Below are positions 48,108-58,200 of a stretch of 64,000 bases of DNA, piece by piece. Origin of the DNA: Pseudaestuariivita rosea. GTDB lineage: Bacteria > Pseudomonadota > Alphaproteobacteria > Rhodobacterales > Rhodobacteraceae. The notes beneath the pieces were generated by a model, which worked only from the letters and a program-made list of their open reading frames with translations, had not been told where the DNA came from and searched no databases. The position numbers and the translations under genes are program-made. The stretch is taken from the NCBI RefSeq assembly GCF_017592335.1, contig NZ_JACNMP010000002.1, positions 145,973-209,972 of the forward strand, read 5' to 3'. How positions within the stretch are numbered: the first letter of the stretch is position 1; each line of letters begins with the position of its first letter.

Positions 48108-48682
48108 TCCGTCATCCAGGTTGTAATTTGGTCCAGATCGGGCCGTGGCCGCTCTGGTGGGGTATTTTTCTCGGTTCCGATATGGATCAGGCCTGCGACA
48201 CGCTCATGCGGTTTCAGGCCCAGTTCGGTTTGAACGAATTCAGGGTCATGGGAAGCCCAACCGCTTAGCCAGTTGGCCCCCCAACCTGAGGCAAGGGCCG
48301 CATTCAGCAAGGCAAGACAGACCGCACCGGCTGAATAGGTCTGTTCAATTTCAGGGATTTTTTCAGATGGCTTCGGGCTTTCGACAACGCAGGCAACAAG
48401 ATGCGCTTGCGCGAACTGCAATCGCATTTTTTCGATCTTTTCATCATTAAATCCAAGTGTCTGTCCGCGATCAACAATAGCGTCTGCCAGTCTTTGCAAG
48501 GCCTGATCACGAAGAACAATAAAGCGCCAAGGTTCTAGTTTTCCATGATCCGGCGTGCGCGCCGCAGCGGTCAGGATCGGCCCCAAAGTCCGATCATCCG
48601 GCACGGGCAGGCCAAGTGTCTTTGCCGGCCGTGACCGACGCTCGAGTAAAAACGCCATAGCTGCTTGATTTTGTTCCGGCAT
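48104..48682 (-). CDS. nitroreductase family protein
   Basis: FLLERRSRPAKTL...RTPDHGKLEPWRFIVL. Confidence 0.85.
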   Translation of the reverse strand: MPEQNQAAMAFLLERRSRPAKTLGLPVPDDRTLGPILTAAARTPDHGKLEPWRFIVLRDQALQRLADAIVDRGQTLGFNDEKIEKMRLQFAQAHLVACVVESPKPSEKIPEIEQTYSAGAVCLALLNAALASGWGANWLSGWASHDPEFVQTELGLKPHERVAGLIHIGTEKNTPPERPRPDLDQITTWMTE

Positions 48683-48774
48683 CTGACCTCCTGTTCTGAC
48701 CCAGAGATGTCAGGTCTGGGGCACAAATGTTCAAGAGGTATCAGTGCAGGTAAAGCCCGGTTGTGATAGAAAAA

Positions 48775-49422
48775 TCAAATCCGCAGGAAGGGTTGTGCAA
48801 TTCGCGGCACCAGGCTGCTGAATTTCAGTTTGGCGTCGGTCACGGCAAGACAGATGCAATCCTGATCAATCGTGGCCACGGGCGTATGATGAACATGCTG
48901 GTCAGCGATTTCCAGATCGCCCGCACCGAAATAATCATCTTCGTCCTCGAAAGCGCCCTGAAGCACCAGCGTCAGTTCCAGACCATTATGACCGTGATCG
49001 GGCATCGCACTGCCAGCGGGAATATACAGCAACCGCGCCGTTGCATCCTTGGATGTCTTAAGGATCGACTGTTTCACACCCATGCCAACGGATCGCCACC
49101 GCACATCTGCCAGATCCCGTCCGGCATAATCCCACAAGGGTTGCGGCAAAGACGATGACGTCTTTTCAAGCACCTTGATTGGGTCTTTTGGACCTTTTCC
49201 GATCAGGGCCAGTGTTGCCTCAAGACTGCCGTCAGACATTTGAACTTCTGACGTTTCTTCCAACACGGCCCCCCCAACGGCATCAAAGCTATGCATGCGG
49301 GCGCGACATTCATCACACATCGAAATGTGGGCCGCGATGATCAGGTTAAAAGCCTCTGGCAGTGTGCCTGCCGAATAAGCCATCAAAAGCTGATCATTAA
49401 GGTGATGTTTTATCTGTGTCAT
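48775..49422 (-). CDS. chrR: anti-sigma-E factor ChrR (zinc-binding, cupin C-terminal domain)
   Basis: HISMCDECRARMH zinc motif and a C-terminal cupin domain. It lies downstream of an ECF sigma factor gene. Confidence 0.85.
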   Translation of the reverse strand: MTQIKHHLNDQLLMAYSAGTLPEAFNLIIAAHISMCDECRARMHSFDAVGGAVLEETSEVQMSDGSLEATLALIGKGPKDPIKVLEKTSSSLPQPLWDYAGRDLADVRWRSVGMGVKQSILKTSKDATARLLYIPAGSAMPDHGHNGLELTLVLQGAFEDEDDYFGAGDLEIADQHVHHTPVATIDQDCICLAVTDAKLKFSSLVPRIAQPFLRI

Positions 49423-49438
49423 CTTCGCTCACGCGCCT

Positions 49439-50092
49439 CTATTTCATCGTGTGACGCATTCTTTCAAGCGCCAACCTAATGCGGGATTTGATTGTGCCCA
49501 GTGGTAATCCTGTCGCAGCCGCAATTTCGCTGTGCGATAAGTCACCAAAATAAGCCCGTTCAACCAAATCCCTCTGTTTCTCGGGTAACTCTTGCAGGGC
49601 GCGGGCCAACTGTTCCGTGTCCTGTTGCAACGCAAGAATGTCTTCCTGATCTGGTTCGGCCTCTGGGCCCCAGGGCAGATCTTCGGGTTCGGGGCGACGC
49701 TGTTTACGCAAGGCATCAATCTTGCGGTTTCGGGCAATCGTAAAGATCCACGTCGCAACAGATGCGCGTGCGGGATCAAACATATGTGCCTTATGCCAAA
49801 GCGTAGCCATCACTTCCTGCGTCACTTCTTCAGCCAGGGACTCGGATGCCCCTGATTTCATTAAAAAGGCCTTCACGCGGGGCGCAAAGTGCCGGAACAG
49901 CGCAGCAAAAGCCGACTGATCCTGGTGGTCGCGAATACGTGTGATTTCCGCAACCCATTGATGTCGTGTTGTCTCTATTACAGTCACAGGGCCAGTTCCG
50001 TTCACGCTGGCAATATCGCCTGCATCCCCAGTGTAAGCCACTGCTTCAGCAGATGCACCCGTTTCTTCAATAGACACGTTGCTGTTCAACAT
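49439..50092 (-). CDS. rpoE: ECF sigma factor RpoE (sigma-E, singlet-oxygen response)
   Basis: Sigma70 regions 2 and 4 (FAALFRHFAPRVKAFLMKSG...VATWIFTIARNRKIDALRK; LPEKQRDLVERAYFGDLSHSEIAAATGLPLGTIKSRIRLAL). The N-terminus is about 30 aa longer than my memory of R. sphaeroides RpoE. An alternative in-frame GTG at 49987 gives 182 aa. Confidence 0.85.
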   Translation of the reverse strand: MLNSNVSIEETGASAEAVAYTGDAGDIASVNGTGPVTVIETTRHQWVAEITRIRDHQDQSAFAALFRHFAPRVKAFLMKSGASESLAEEVTQEVMATLWHKAHMFDPARASVATWIFTIARNRKIDALRKQRRPEPEDLPWGPEAEPDQEDILALQQDTEQLARALQELPEKQRDLVERAYFGDLSHSEIAAATGLPLGTIKSRIRLALERMRHTMK

Positions 50093-50150
50093 ATTGCCTA
50101 TACGGCGCGTCAAATATTTTGGATCACAGAAAGAATAACTTTTTTCGTTC

Positions 50151-50179
50151 TAATCCGGTTCCAACCCTCTGACGTAAGA
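50151..50179 (+). promoter_or_regulatory. candidate sigma-E-type promoter for the divergent ufaD-like operon
   Basis: TAATCC-N18-TAAGA resembles the reported RpoE consensus TGATCC-N16-18-TAAGA (recalled from memory). It sits about 40 nt upstream of the preferred start at 50217. On the other strand, TGATCC (50126-50121) and TATAGG (spacer 18) lie upstream of rpoE. Confidence 0.35.
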
Positions 50180-50216
50180 CAGTAAAACACAGATGAGTTC
50201 ATCGGAGAAAAAACGA

Positions 50217-51512
50217 ATGCCATTTGAAACAGTTGTGACCAAGCCCAAGCGTATTGCGGTGATCGGTGCAGGTATATCAGGTATGGGTGCGGCCTATATG
50301 TTGGCCAACGATCATCGGGTCACGCTGTTTGAGGCCGAAGACCGTCTGGGCGGCCATGCCCGCACAAAAATGGCGGGTCCGAACAAGGATGTGGCCGTCG
50401 ACACGGGCTTTATCGTTTTCAACTATGTGAACTATCCCCATCTGTCGAAACTTTTTGCCGACCTCGACGTGCCTGTCACCAAAAGCAACATGAGCTTTGG
50501 GGCATCCATCGGTGGCGGGCGTCTGGAATATGGCCTGCAAACGGTCGATGGCGTCTTTGCGCAGCGTCTGAATTTGGTGAACCCGAAATATCTTGGAATG
50601 ATCCGCGATATCTTTCGGTTCAACGCCAAGGCGGTCGAAACGGCCAAAGGCAGCGATATGACAATCGGTCAGTTGCTGGACACACTGAATATGGGGGATT
50701 GGTTCCGCAGCTATTATCTGTTGCCGATTTCCGGGGCGATCTGGTCGACGCCGAAAGAAAAGATCATGGATTTCCCCGCCCATGCAATGATCGAATTTTT
50801 CGAAAATCATTCGCTGCTGCATCACAAAAATCAGCATCAGTGGTACACCGTTACCGGTGGTTCAATTCAATATGTGCAACGTCTGCAAAATGCCATGACC
50901 AGCCGTGGCGTCGACATTCGCCTGAGCGCCCCCATCGACGGTGTGCGCCGGTCAGACATCGGGGCTCAGGTCAAAGCCGCCGGTGGCGAATGGGAACTGT
51001 TCGACGAAGTTGTCTTTGCCACGCATTCCGACATCACGTTGAAATTGCTCAGCGATGCCAGCACCGTCGAACAAGAGGCTTTGGGCGCCGTCAAATATCA
51101 ACCCAACGAAGTGGTGCTGCATTCTGACGAAACCATGATGCCCAAACGTCGCAAGGCATGGTCGTCGTGGAACTATACCGAGGCCGCCGATAAGCAGACA
51201 TATCGCATTGATCTGACCTATTGGATGAATTCGCTGCAGCCCTTGCCAAAGGACCAGAATTTTTTCGTCACTTTGAACACAACCCGTCCGATCCGCGAAG
51301 ACCTGATCTGGGATACCGTCACGCTTGATCACCCGTTCTACGACCGCGCTGCCCTGGCCGCACAAGACGTTGTGCGCGCGATCAACGGCACGAACCGCAC
51401 ATGGTTCTGCGGGGCCTGGATGAAAAACGGCTTCCATGAAGACGGTCTGGCCAGTGCCGTCGACGTGGTCGAGGCGCTGAATGCCACCCCAGTTGCGATG
51501 GCCGCCGAGTGA
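50217..51512 (+). CDS. FAD-dependent oxidoreductase (amine-oxidase-like; UfaD-like fatty-acyl desaturase of the furan fatty acid pathway)
   Basis: VIGAGISGMGAAYML dinucleotide-binding motif. The ATG at 50217 has a GGAGA RBS; the track start at 50193 is also an ATG. Its position divergent from rpoE-chrR matches the R. sphaeroides RSP1091 arrangement. Confidence 0.8.
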   Translation: MPFETVVTKPKRIAVIGAGISGMGAAYMLANDHRVTLFEAEDRLGGHARTKMAGPNKDVAVDTGFIVFNYVNYPHLSKLFADLDVPVTKSNMSFGASIGGGRLEYGLQTVDGVFAQRLNLVNPKYLGMIRDIFRFNAKAVETAKGSDMTIGQLLDTLNMGDWFRSYYLLPISGAIWSTPKEKIMDFPAHAMIEFFENHSLLHHKNQHQWYTVTGGSIQYVQRLQNAMTSRGVDIRLSAPIDGVRRSDIGAQVKAAGGEWELFDEVVFATHSDITLKLLSDASTVEQEALGAVKYQPNEVVLHSDETMMPKRRKAWSSWNYTEAADKQTYRIDLTYWMNSLQPLPKDQNFFVTLNTTRPIREDLIWDTVTLDHPFYDRAALAAQDVVRAINGTNRTWFCGAWMKNGFHEDGLASAVDVVEALNATPVAMAAE

Positions 51513-52264
51513 AGACAGTTCAACATATCCCGGCCCACACCTATCACGGGCGACGCGGCGCGGTGGAAAACGCGTTCCGCTATTCGGTCGACTATATCCT
51601 TCTGGAGCCCGAGGCCGAACCGAAGACGCCCACGCTTTTCAGCCGCAACCGTGCAAATCTGACGTCACTGCGTGACAGCGACCATGGTGGTGTTCCTAAA
51701 ACGGGCAGCGGCGCGCAATGGGTGCGCGACGTTCTGGCGGCGCATAACATCGACCTGAACGGGCAAATCCTGCTGCTGGCGCAACCCCGTGTGCTGGGGC
51801 ATGTCTTCAACCCGGTCAGTTTCTGGCTGTGCCACGACGAAACCGGCGTTCTGCGCGTGGTGATTGCCGAGGTCACCAATACCTTCGGCGACCGCCATTC
51901 CTATCTGTGCCACCACGAAGATCTGGCACCGATTGATAAGCAGCAGACGCTGCATGCGCAAAAGATCTTCCATGTGTCGCCGTTCCAGCCGGTTGCGGGC
52001 AACTACACGTTCCGCTTCGACATTCGCGATGATTGGATCGGCATCTGGATCGACTACCGCCAAGGCAACGGCGGTCTGATCGCAACTTTGACGGGGCCAC
52101 GGAAAAACTTGACCAACGCCTCTATCCTGCGCGCATGCCTGCGCCGACCCTTCGGATCGCGCCGGGTTCTTGGGCTGATCCACTGGCAGGCGCTGAAGCT
52201 TTGGTGGAAGGGTGCGCAGTTCCGCCCCAGACCGCAGCCGCCGCAAGAGGAAATCTCGCGATGA
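51509..52264 (+). CDS. DUF1365 family protein (UfaO-like)
   Basis: 251 aa. Overlaps the upstream stop (ATGA). DUF1365 follows the amine-oxidase-like gene in sigma-E regulons. Confidence 0.75.
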   Translation: MKTVQHIPAHTYHGRRGAVENAFRYSVDYILLEPEAEPKTPTLFSRNRANLTSLRDSDHGGVPKTGSGAQWVRDVLAAHNIDLNGQILLLAQPRVLGHVFNPVSFWLCHDETGVLRVVIAEVTNTFGDRHSYLCHHEDLAPIDKQQTLHAQKIFHVSPFQPVAGNYTFRFDIRDDWIGIWIDYRQGNGGLIATLTGPRKNLTNASILRACLRRPFGSRRVLGLIHWQALKLWWKGAQFRPRPQPPQEEISR

Positions 52265-53505
52265 CGTCCGTGGCCCTGAAACGACGGCTTTCAGAACGTC
52301 TGCCCGCCTATTCGGGGTTTGCAGCCGTGCTGTCGGGGGCAGGGCTGCCGATCTATATCTATGCGCCAAAATTCTATGCCGATACCTATGGCGTCAGCCT
52401 GACGGCATTGGGTGCTGTTCTGTTTGGGCTGCGTTTATTTGATGTGGTGCAAGACCCCGTCCTGGGCTGGGTGTCCGAGCGTCTGCGCGGCGCAAGATCA
52501 GCGGCCGTGACAGCCGGCGCCGTGCTTTTGGCCCTGTCCATGATCGGACTGTTCGCCATAGCACCACCCATTTCACCGATCTGGTGGTTTGGCCTGACAA
52601 TCACCGGTCTGTTCACGGCGTTCAGCTTTCTGACGATCAACTTCTATGCCCAGGGTGTCGCCAAAGCCAGCGATCTGCGCGGGGGGCATGTCAGACTGGC
52701 TGCCTGGCGCGAAACTGGTGCGCTGTTGGGGGTTTGCATCGCGGCGGTGTCACCAACGCTGTTGGGCGAAGCATTCGCACAGCCCTTCGCCCTGTTTGCC
52801 TGGGGCTTTGCCGGTGCAGCCATTGCCGCAGCCCTGGCGATGATCCCGGAATGGCGATCCGACGGCGCACAGTCACCCACACCGATTTCCCACATCCTCA
52901 AAGACAGACTGGCCAGACGACTGCTGATCCTGGCGCTGGTCAATGCAGCCCCCCTGGCGGTGTCATCAACGCTATTCCTGTTCTTCGTCGAAAGCCGGCT
53001 TATGGCGCCGGGATGGGAAGGCCCGCTGCTGGTCCTGTTTTTCCTGGCCGCCGCTGCCTCGGCCCCGGTCTGGGGGGCGCTGGCCAATCGCTATGACGCA
53101 AAACGCGTCCTGATGGGCGCAATGGTCATGGCGATCATTTCCTTCGCTTTCGTCCTAATGCTGGGCACGGGCGATCAATGGGCCTTTGCCGCCATCTGCA
53201 TCGTGTCAGGTGCGACAATTGGTGCCGACCTGACGCTGCTGCCCGCACTATTTTCCAAACGCATGGCACAGATTTCGCCAAACGGCGGTCAGGGCTTTGG
53301 CCTTTGGTCGCTGGTCACAAAATTCACGCTGGCCTTTGCCGCGGTCACTTTACTGCCTGTGCTTGAACTGAATGGTTTTCAAGCCGGAACAGACAATGCC
53401 GAAACAGCACTTTGGACACTGACGCTGCTTTACGCGCTTGTTCCGTGCGTATTGAAATTAGTCGCCCTTGGACTTCTGTCGGCGACCAACCTGAAGGAGG
53501 ACTGA
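52261..53505 (+). CDS. MFS-type transporter
   Basis: 414 aa with about 12 transmembrane helices. ATG at 52261 overlaps the DUF1365 stop (ATGA). The track start at 52033 is an out-of-context upstream extension. Confidence 0.75.
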   Translation: MTSVALKRRLSERLPAYSGFAAVLSGAGLPIYIYAPKFYADTYGVSLTALGAVLFGLRLFDVVQDPVLGWVSERLRGARSAAVTAGAVLLALSMIGLFAIAPPISPIWWFGLTITGLFTAFSFLTINFYAQGVAKASDLRGGHVRLAAWRETGALLGVCIAAVSPTLLGEAFAQPFALFAWGFAGAAIAAALAMIPEWRSDGAQSPTPISHILKDRLARRLLILALVNAAPLAVSSTLFLFFVESRLMAPGWEGPLLVLFFLAAAASAPVWGALANRYDAKRVLMGAMVMAIISFAFVLMLGTGDQWAFAAICIVSGATIGADLTLLPALFSKRMAQISPNGGQGFGLWSLVTKFTLAFAAVTLLPVLELNGFQAGTDNAETALWTLTLLYALVPCVLKLVALGLLSATNLKED

Positions 53506-53508
53506 CGC

Positions 53509-54072
53509 ATGGACGTGCTTCTCTATAAACTGCTTGGCGCTGCTATTGCACTGATTGGGGTTTTTCTGTTCACCAGATTTATGACCTTCCGCGCCCAAAA
53601 ACCAGAAGACTACAAAGACAAAGGCCCCCAGCTTGACATCCGCAAGCACCTGAACGGTCCCATCATATGCGAAGGCGTCATCTATGGCCCAACGGGCCGT
53701 GTTTCGTCACGTTTCGTTGCGGACTTTGAGGCCAGCTGGAACGGAAACGTCGGAACCATGACCGAACATTTTCGTTATGACACAGGCAACACGCAAAATC
53801 GCGAATGGCGCCTTCAGCTTGGCAACGACGGGTCCGTCAAAGCCGAAGCCGATGACCTGGTCGGCGTTGGCACCGGCGTGCAGATGGGTCCGGCGTTAAA
53901 GCTGAACTATAAGATTAGATTGCCCGAAGACAGCGGCGGGCATGTACTGGATACGGTGGACTGGATGTATGTGGTTGAAAATGGCTCAATCATCAACCGC
54001 AGCCAGTTTCGCAAATACGGGATTAAAGTGGCCGAACTGGTCGCAACCATGAGGCCAAAAGACGCCGCCTGA
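53509..54072 (+). CDS. DUF3833 family (lipocalin-like) protein
   Basis: 187 aa with an N-terminal transmembrane anchor. Its position in the operon matches the RSP1088-type gene. Confidence 0.65.
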   Translation: MDVLLYKLLGAAIALIGVFLFTRFMTFRAQKPEDYKDKGPQLDIRKHLNGPIICEGVIYGPTGRVSSRFVADFEASWNGNVGTMTEHFRYDTGNTQNREWRLQLGNDGSVKAEADDLVGVGTGVQMGPALKLNYKIRLPEDSGGHVLDTVDWMYVVENGSIINRSQFRKYGIKVAELVATMRPKDAA

Positions 54073-54092
54073 ACGGTGGCAAGGGGGACGAT

Positions 54093-54824
54093 GTGAGGGA
54101 ATGGCAAGGTAAGCGCTATTGGTTGATCGGCGCAAGCGAAGGGTTGGGCAGAGCATTGGCGCATGCCCTTAGTCGCGTTGGCACCGAAGTGATCGTATCA
54201 GCGCGGGATGAGGAACGGTTGCAGGACCTGGTGGCCGAACTTCCCGGAAAAGCGTCCTATGTGCCCCTTGATGTTTCAGACCTGGAGGCCGTTCAGAAAG
54301 CTGCAGATGAGGTCGGCCAGATCGATGGCATGGTGTTCCTGGCAGGGGTCTACTGGCCCATGAAAGCCACCGAATGGGACGCGGAAAAAATCGAATCGAT
54401 GGTTGATGTGAATTTCACCGGCACCGTCCGCGCGGTGGGTGCAGTTCTGCCAAAGATGATTGAACACAACCACGGTCACATCGTTCTGACCGGCAGTTTG
54501 TCGGGCTTTCGCGGATTGCCCGGCGCCATCGGGTATGGTGCATCGAAAGCCGGGATCATGTATCTGGCCGAGTCGATGAAGATCGACCTGAAGAAAACCG
54601 ATATCGAGGTCCAGCTTGTCAATCCAGGCTTTATCAAAACCCGCCTGACCGACAAAAACGACTTCAAGATGCCCTTCATCATGGAACCGGACGAAGCCGC
54701 CAAGCTGTTTTTCGAACACATGAACTCGGACAGGTTCAAAAGAAACTTCCCGACGGTCTTTTCCTGGTTCTTCCGCCTTAGCCAGTTTTTGCCCGACTGG
54801 ATATATTTTCGTCTGTTCAAATAG
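54093..54824 (+). CDS. SDR family oxidoreductase
   Basis: WLIGASEGLGRALAHAL (TGxxxGxG) and YGASKAG (YxxxK) motifs. Confidence 0.85.
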   Translation: MREWQGKRYWLIGASEGLGRALAHALSRVGTEVIVSARDEERLQDLVAELPGKASYVPLDVSDLEAVQKAADEVGQIDGMVFLAGVYWPMKATEWDAEKIESMVDVNFTGTVRAVGAVLPKMIEHNHGHIVLTGSLSGFRGLPGAIGYGASKAGIMYLAESMKIDLKKTDIEVQLVNPGFIKTRLTDKNDFKMPFIMEPDEAAKLFFEHMNSDRFKRNFPTVFSWFFRLSQFLPDWIYFRLFK

Positions 54825-54899
54825 CGGACCCACTTGCTTTAAATCAAAGTCTGGGTTTCCATCCGTGTGCAAACTGTCTTTCGCAAAGGGAGAAAGCGC

Positions 54900-55217
54900 A
54901 TGTTGGAAATCAGCACGGATAAAATCGCTCAGGTCATTCTGTACGCCCGCGAACTGGACAGGGCCGAACCGGAATTTCGTGGTTTTATCGAAGGTCTGAA
55001 CGAAGACGAAGCCGCCAGTCTGGTGGCCGTCATGTGGATCGGGCGCGAAGCCTTTGCCCCCGAAGATCTGGAGGACGCCAAACGCGTCGCACTGGAAGAG
55101 GCAACAACACCCACCGCCGACTATCTGATCGGCGTGCCCCATCTGGCGGACAATCTGGAAAGCGGTCTTGAGGCTCTGGGCATCTCGGCCACCGATGCCG
55201 AAGATGATCTTTTGTAA
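54900..55217 (+). CDS. DUF3775 family protein
   Basis: 105 aa from the ATG at 54900 (GGGAGA RBS). LNEDEAASLVAVMWIGREAF...YLIGVPHLADNLESGL fits the DUF3775 pattern. Confidence 0.55.
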   Translation: MLEISTDKIAQVILYARELDRAEPEFRGFIEGLNEDEAASLVAVMWIGREAFAPEDLEDAKRVALEEATTPTADYLIGVPHLADNLESGLEALGISATDAEDDLL

Positions 55218-55237
55218 GCGTCCGTTTGGCGGATGCT

Positions 55238-58200
55238 TTAAGCCACCAGCGTTTCAGCTTTTTTCAGATCGACGCTGACCAGCTGACTGACACCCTGTTC
55301 GCCCATGGTCACGCCGAACAGGCGATCCATGCGGGACATTGTCACCGCGTGGTGTGTGATGATCAGAAAACGGGTGTTGGTCCGGCGGGTCATTTCATCC
55401 AGCAGGTCGCAGAAGCGGGTGACATTGGCGTCATCCAGGGGCGCGTCGACCTCGTCCAGCACACAGATCGGGGCCGGGTTGGCCAGGAACACCGCAAAGA
55501 TCAGCGCCAGAGCCGTTAGCGTCTGTTCACCGCCCGACAGCAGGCTAAGCGTCGACAGCTTCTTGCCCGGCGGTTGACACATGATTTCAAGCCCGGCCTC
55601 CAGCGGATCGTCGCTTTCGACCAGGACCAGCTTTGCCTCGCCACCGCCAAAAAGATGCGTGAATAGCAGTCCGAAATTCGTGTTCACCTGCTCAAACGCG
55701 GTCAGCAGCCGTTCGCGTCCCTCGCGGTTCAGGCTGGCAATGCCGGCGCGCAGGGTTTTGATCGCCTCTTCCAGATCAGCCTTTTCCCCGACCAGCATGT
55801 CGTGTTCTTCCTGCACCTCTTTCGCGTCTTCCTCGGCCCGCAGGTTTACGGCACCCAGGGCATCGCGCTGACGTTTCAGGCGGTTGACGTCGGCCTCAAT
55901 CGTCTCGGCTGCGGGCATCTTGTCAGGATCGGCATCAAGCGTTTCAAGCAGTTGATCCGGCGTCGTTTCTTGTTCCTCGGCAATGCGTTCGGCCGCATAG
56001 GTCACGGTTTCCTTGGCGGCATCTGCACGCGCTTCGGCACGCGCACGGGCCTCGCGGGCTTCGGACGCTGCGCGTTCGGCGTCCCGTTCGCCCTGCTCGG
56101 CCTCGCGCAGGGCTGTCTCGGCCTCGGCCAGTTTATCGGCGGCCGCCCGACGGCGCGTTTCGGCCTGATCAATCGCATCGGCCAGTTCAGCGCGTTTGGC
56201 GGCGATCTCATCGGGGGCGGCGGTGGCCTCTTTCAGCTCTTGCTCGGACTGAGCCTTGCGCTCTGACAGTTCTTTCGACCGCTTTTCAGCCGTCTCAAGC
56301 CGGTGCTTCCAGCCGCTGATTTCCTTGATGATCTCCTGCCGCCGTTTCAGCCGCGCATCGCCCTCGCGGCGCAGCTCATCATGGGCGGATCGTTTGGCCA
56401 TCATCGTCATCCGCGCGGCCTCAACCGTCATCTTGATGTCTTCCACCGCATGGCGGGCGGCGTCCAGATCCTCCAGATCAGCCACACCGCGTTCGGCCTC
56501 AACCAGCCGCTGACGCGCCGCTGTCGCCTCGTCCTCGTAACGCTTGACAGCCAGCCCAAGGCTTTCCAGTTTGCCGGACGCGATGCTTTTATCCGCCTCG
56601 GCGCGGGACAGGGCGCGGTTGGCATCGGCCAGTTGCCGGTCGGCATCGCGGCGGGCCTGACGGGCGGCCTGATCGGCGTCAGTCAGGGCCTTCAGTTTCT
56701 GCGTTAACGCCTCGTGCGCCTGCCGCGCCTCGTCAGCCTTTGCTTCGGCCTCAGCCATTTGCTGTTTCAACTCGTCCAGGCGGTTCAACTGCTGCAACCG
56801 CAGCGCCGCGGCCGAAGGCGCGTCTTCGGCCGCGGCGCGAAATCCGTCCCACCGCCAAAGATCGCCATCCATACTGACCAGACGCTGGCCCGGTTGCAGG
56901 TCCGCCTGCAGGCGCGAACCATCCGCCGCATCGACCAGACCGATCTGGCCCAACCGACGCGACAACACATCCGGTGCGGTTACATGATCCGACAGGGCAG
57001 CGGCCCCATTTGGCAAGGACTGGGGGGCCGGATAGGCGGGTAATTGCGCCCAGCCCGACGGCGCATCTGCCCCGACGGCGGGGGCCTTCAGGTCATCGGC
57101 CAACGCCGCACCAAGCGCCTTTTCATAGCCCGGTGTGACCGAAAGTGCATCCAGCAGTTGCCCTGCATCCGAAGCTTCGCGCGCCACCAGTTTCGACAGT
57201 GCCGACACTTCAGCGCGCAGGGCATTCACTTCACCATCTGCTTCAGACTTGGTGGCCCGTGCAGCGGTCTCTTGTGTCTGAACCTCGGCGCGCTCGGCTT
57301 CGGCCTTGACCAGCGCTTCATCGGCGTCGGCAACGGCCTGCTGCGCAGCCCCCTCGGCCCCGGCTGCCGCGTCATAATCCGTCGACGCCTTCGCAAGCGC
57401 TTCTTCAGCGGCCGTTACGGCATCACAGGCCTTGGTGGCCTCGGCCTCATTTTTCTCAAGCGTCTTGCGGCTGTCGTCCAGCAGCCGGTGCGCCGATTGA
57501 TGCCGGGCCGCCAGCCGTGCGACATCCTCGGTCATCTGGGTCAGCGCCGCCTCACGCTCTTGCAAGATCGCCGCACCATCACGGGCCTCTTGTGCGGCGG
57601 CCTCCAGTTTTTCGTCATGGCCGGTCGAGGCCTTTTCGATTTCTTGCGCCTCCCATTCCAGCCGCGAAATGGTTTCGCCCGCATCGTGGTTCAGACCCGC
57701 TTCCCGCTCCATATCGTGGGCCAACTGGTCGATCCGTGACTGCAGTGTCTCGATCGTCTGAAGGGCGCGCGCTTCCTGATCGTTCAATGTATCCCGCTGC
57801 ACCTGAAGCCGCTGCAGCACGGCAGCTGCAATCGCTTCTTCCTCGCGTAGCGGGGGCAAGCCCGTGTCCCGTTCCGCGCGCAGCTTGGCCGCCTGACGAG
57901 CGGCCCCTTCGGCTTGTGCGGCGGCCTTTGTGCGATCCGTCAGTTCCGCCATGGCCATCGCACAGGCTTCATCCGCCTCTTTCCAGCGGCGATACAACAG
58001 CAGCCCTTCGGCCCGACGCAATTGCCCCCCGATGTCACGATACCGCGCCGCCTGCCGCGCCTGCCTGGCCAGTTGCGCCAGCTGATTGGCAAGCTGTTCG
58101 ATCACATCATCCACGCGGGCCAGGTTGGTCTCGGCGCCCTTCAGCTTCAGCTCGGCCTCGTGCCGCCGCTGATACAGACCCGAAATCCCGGCCGCCTCTT

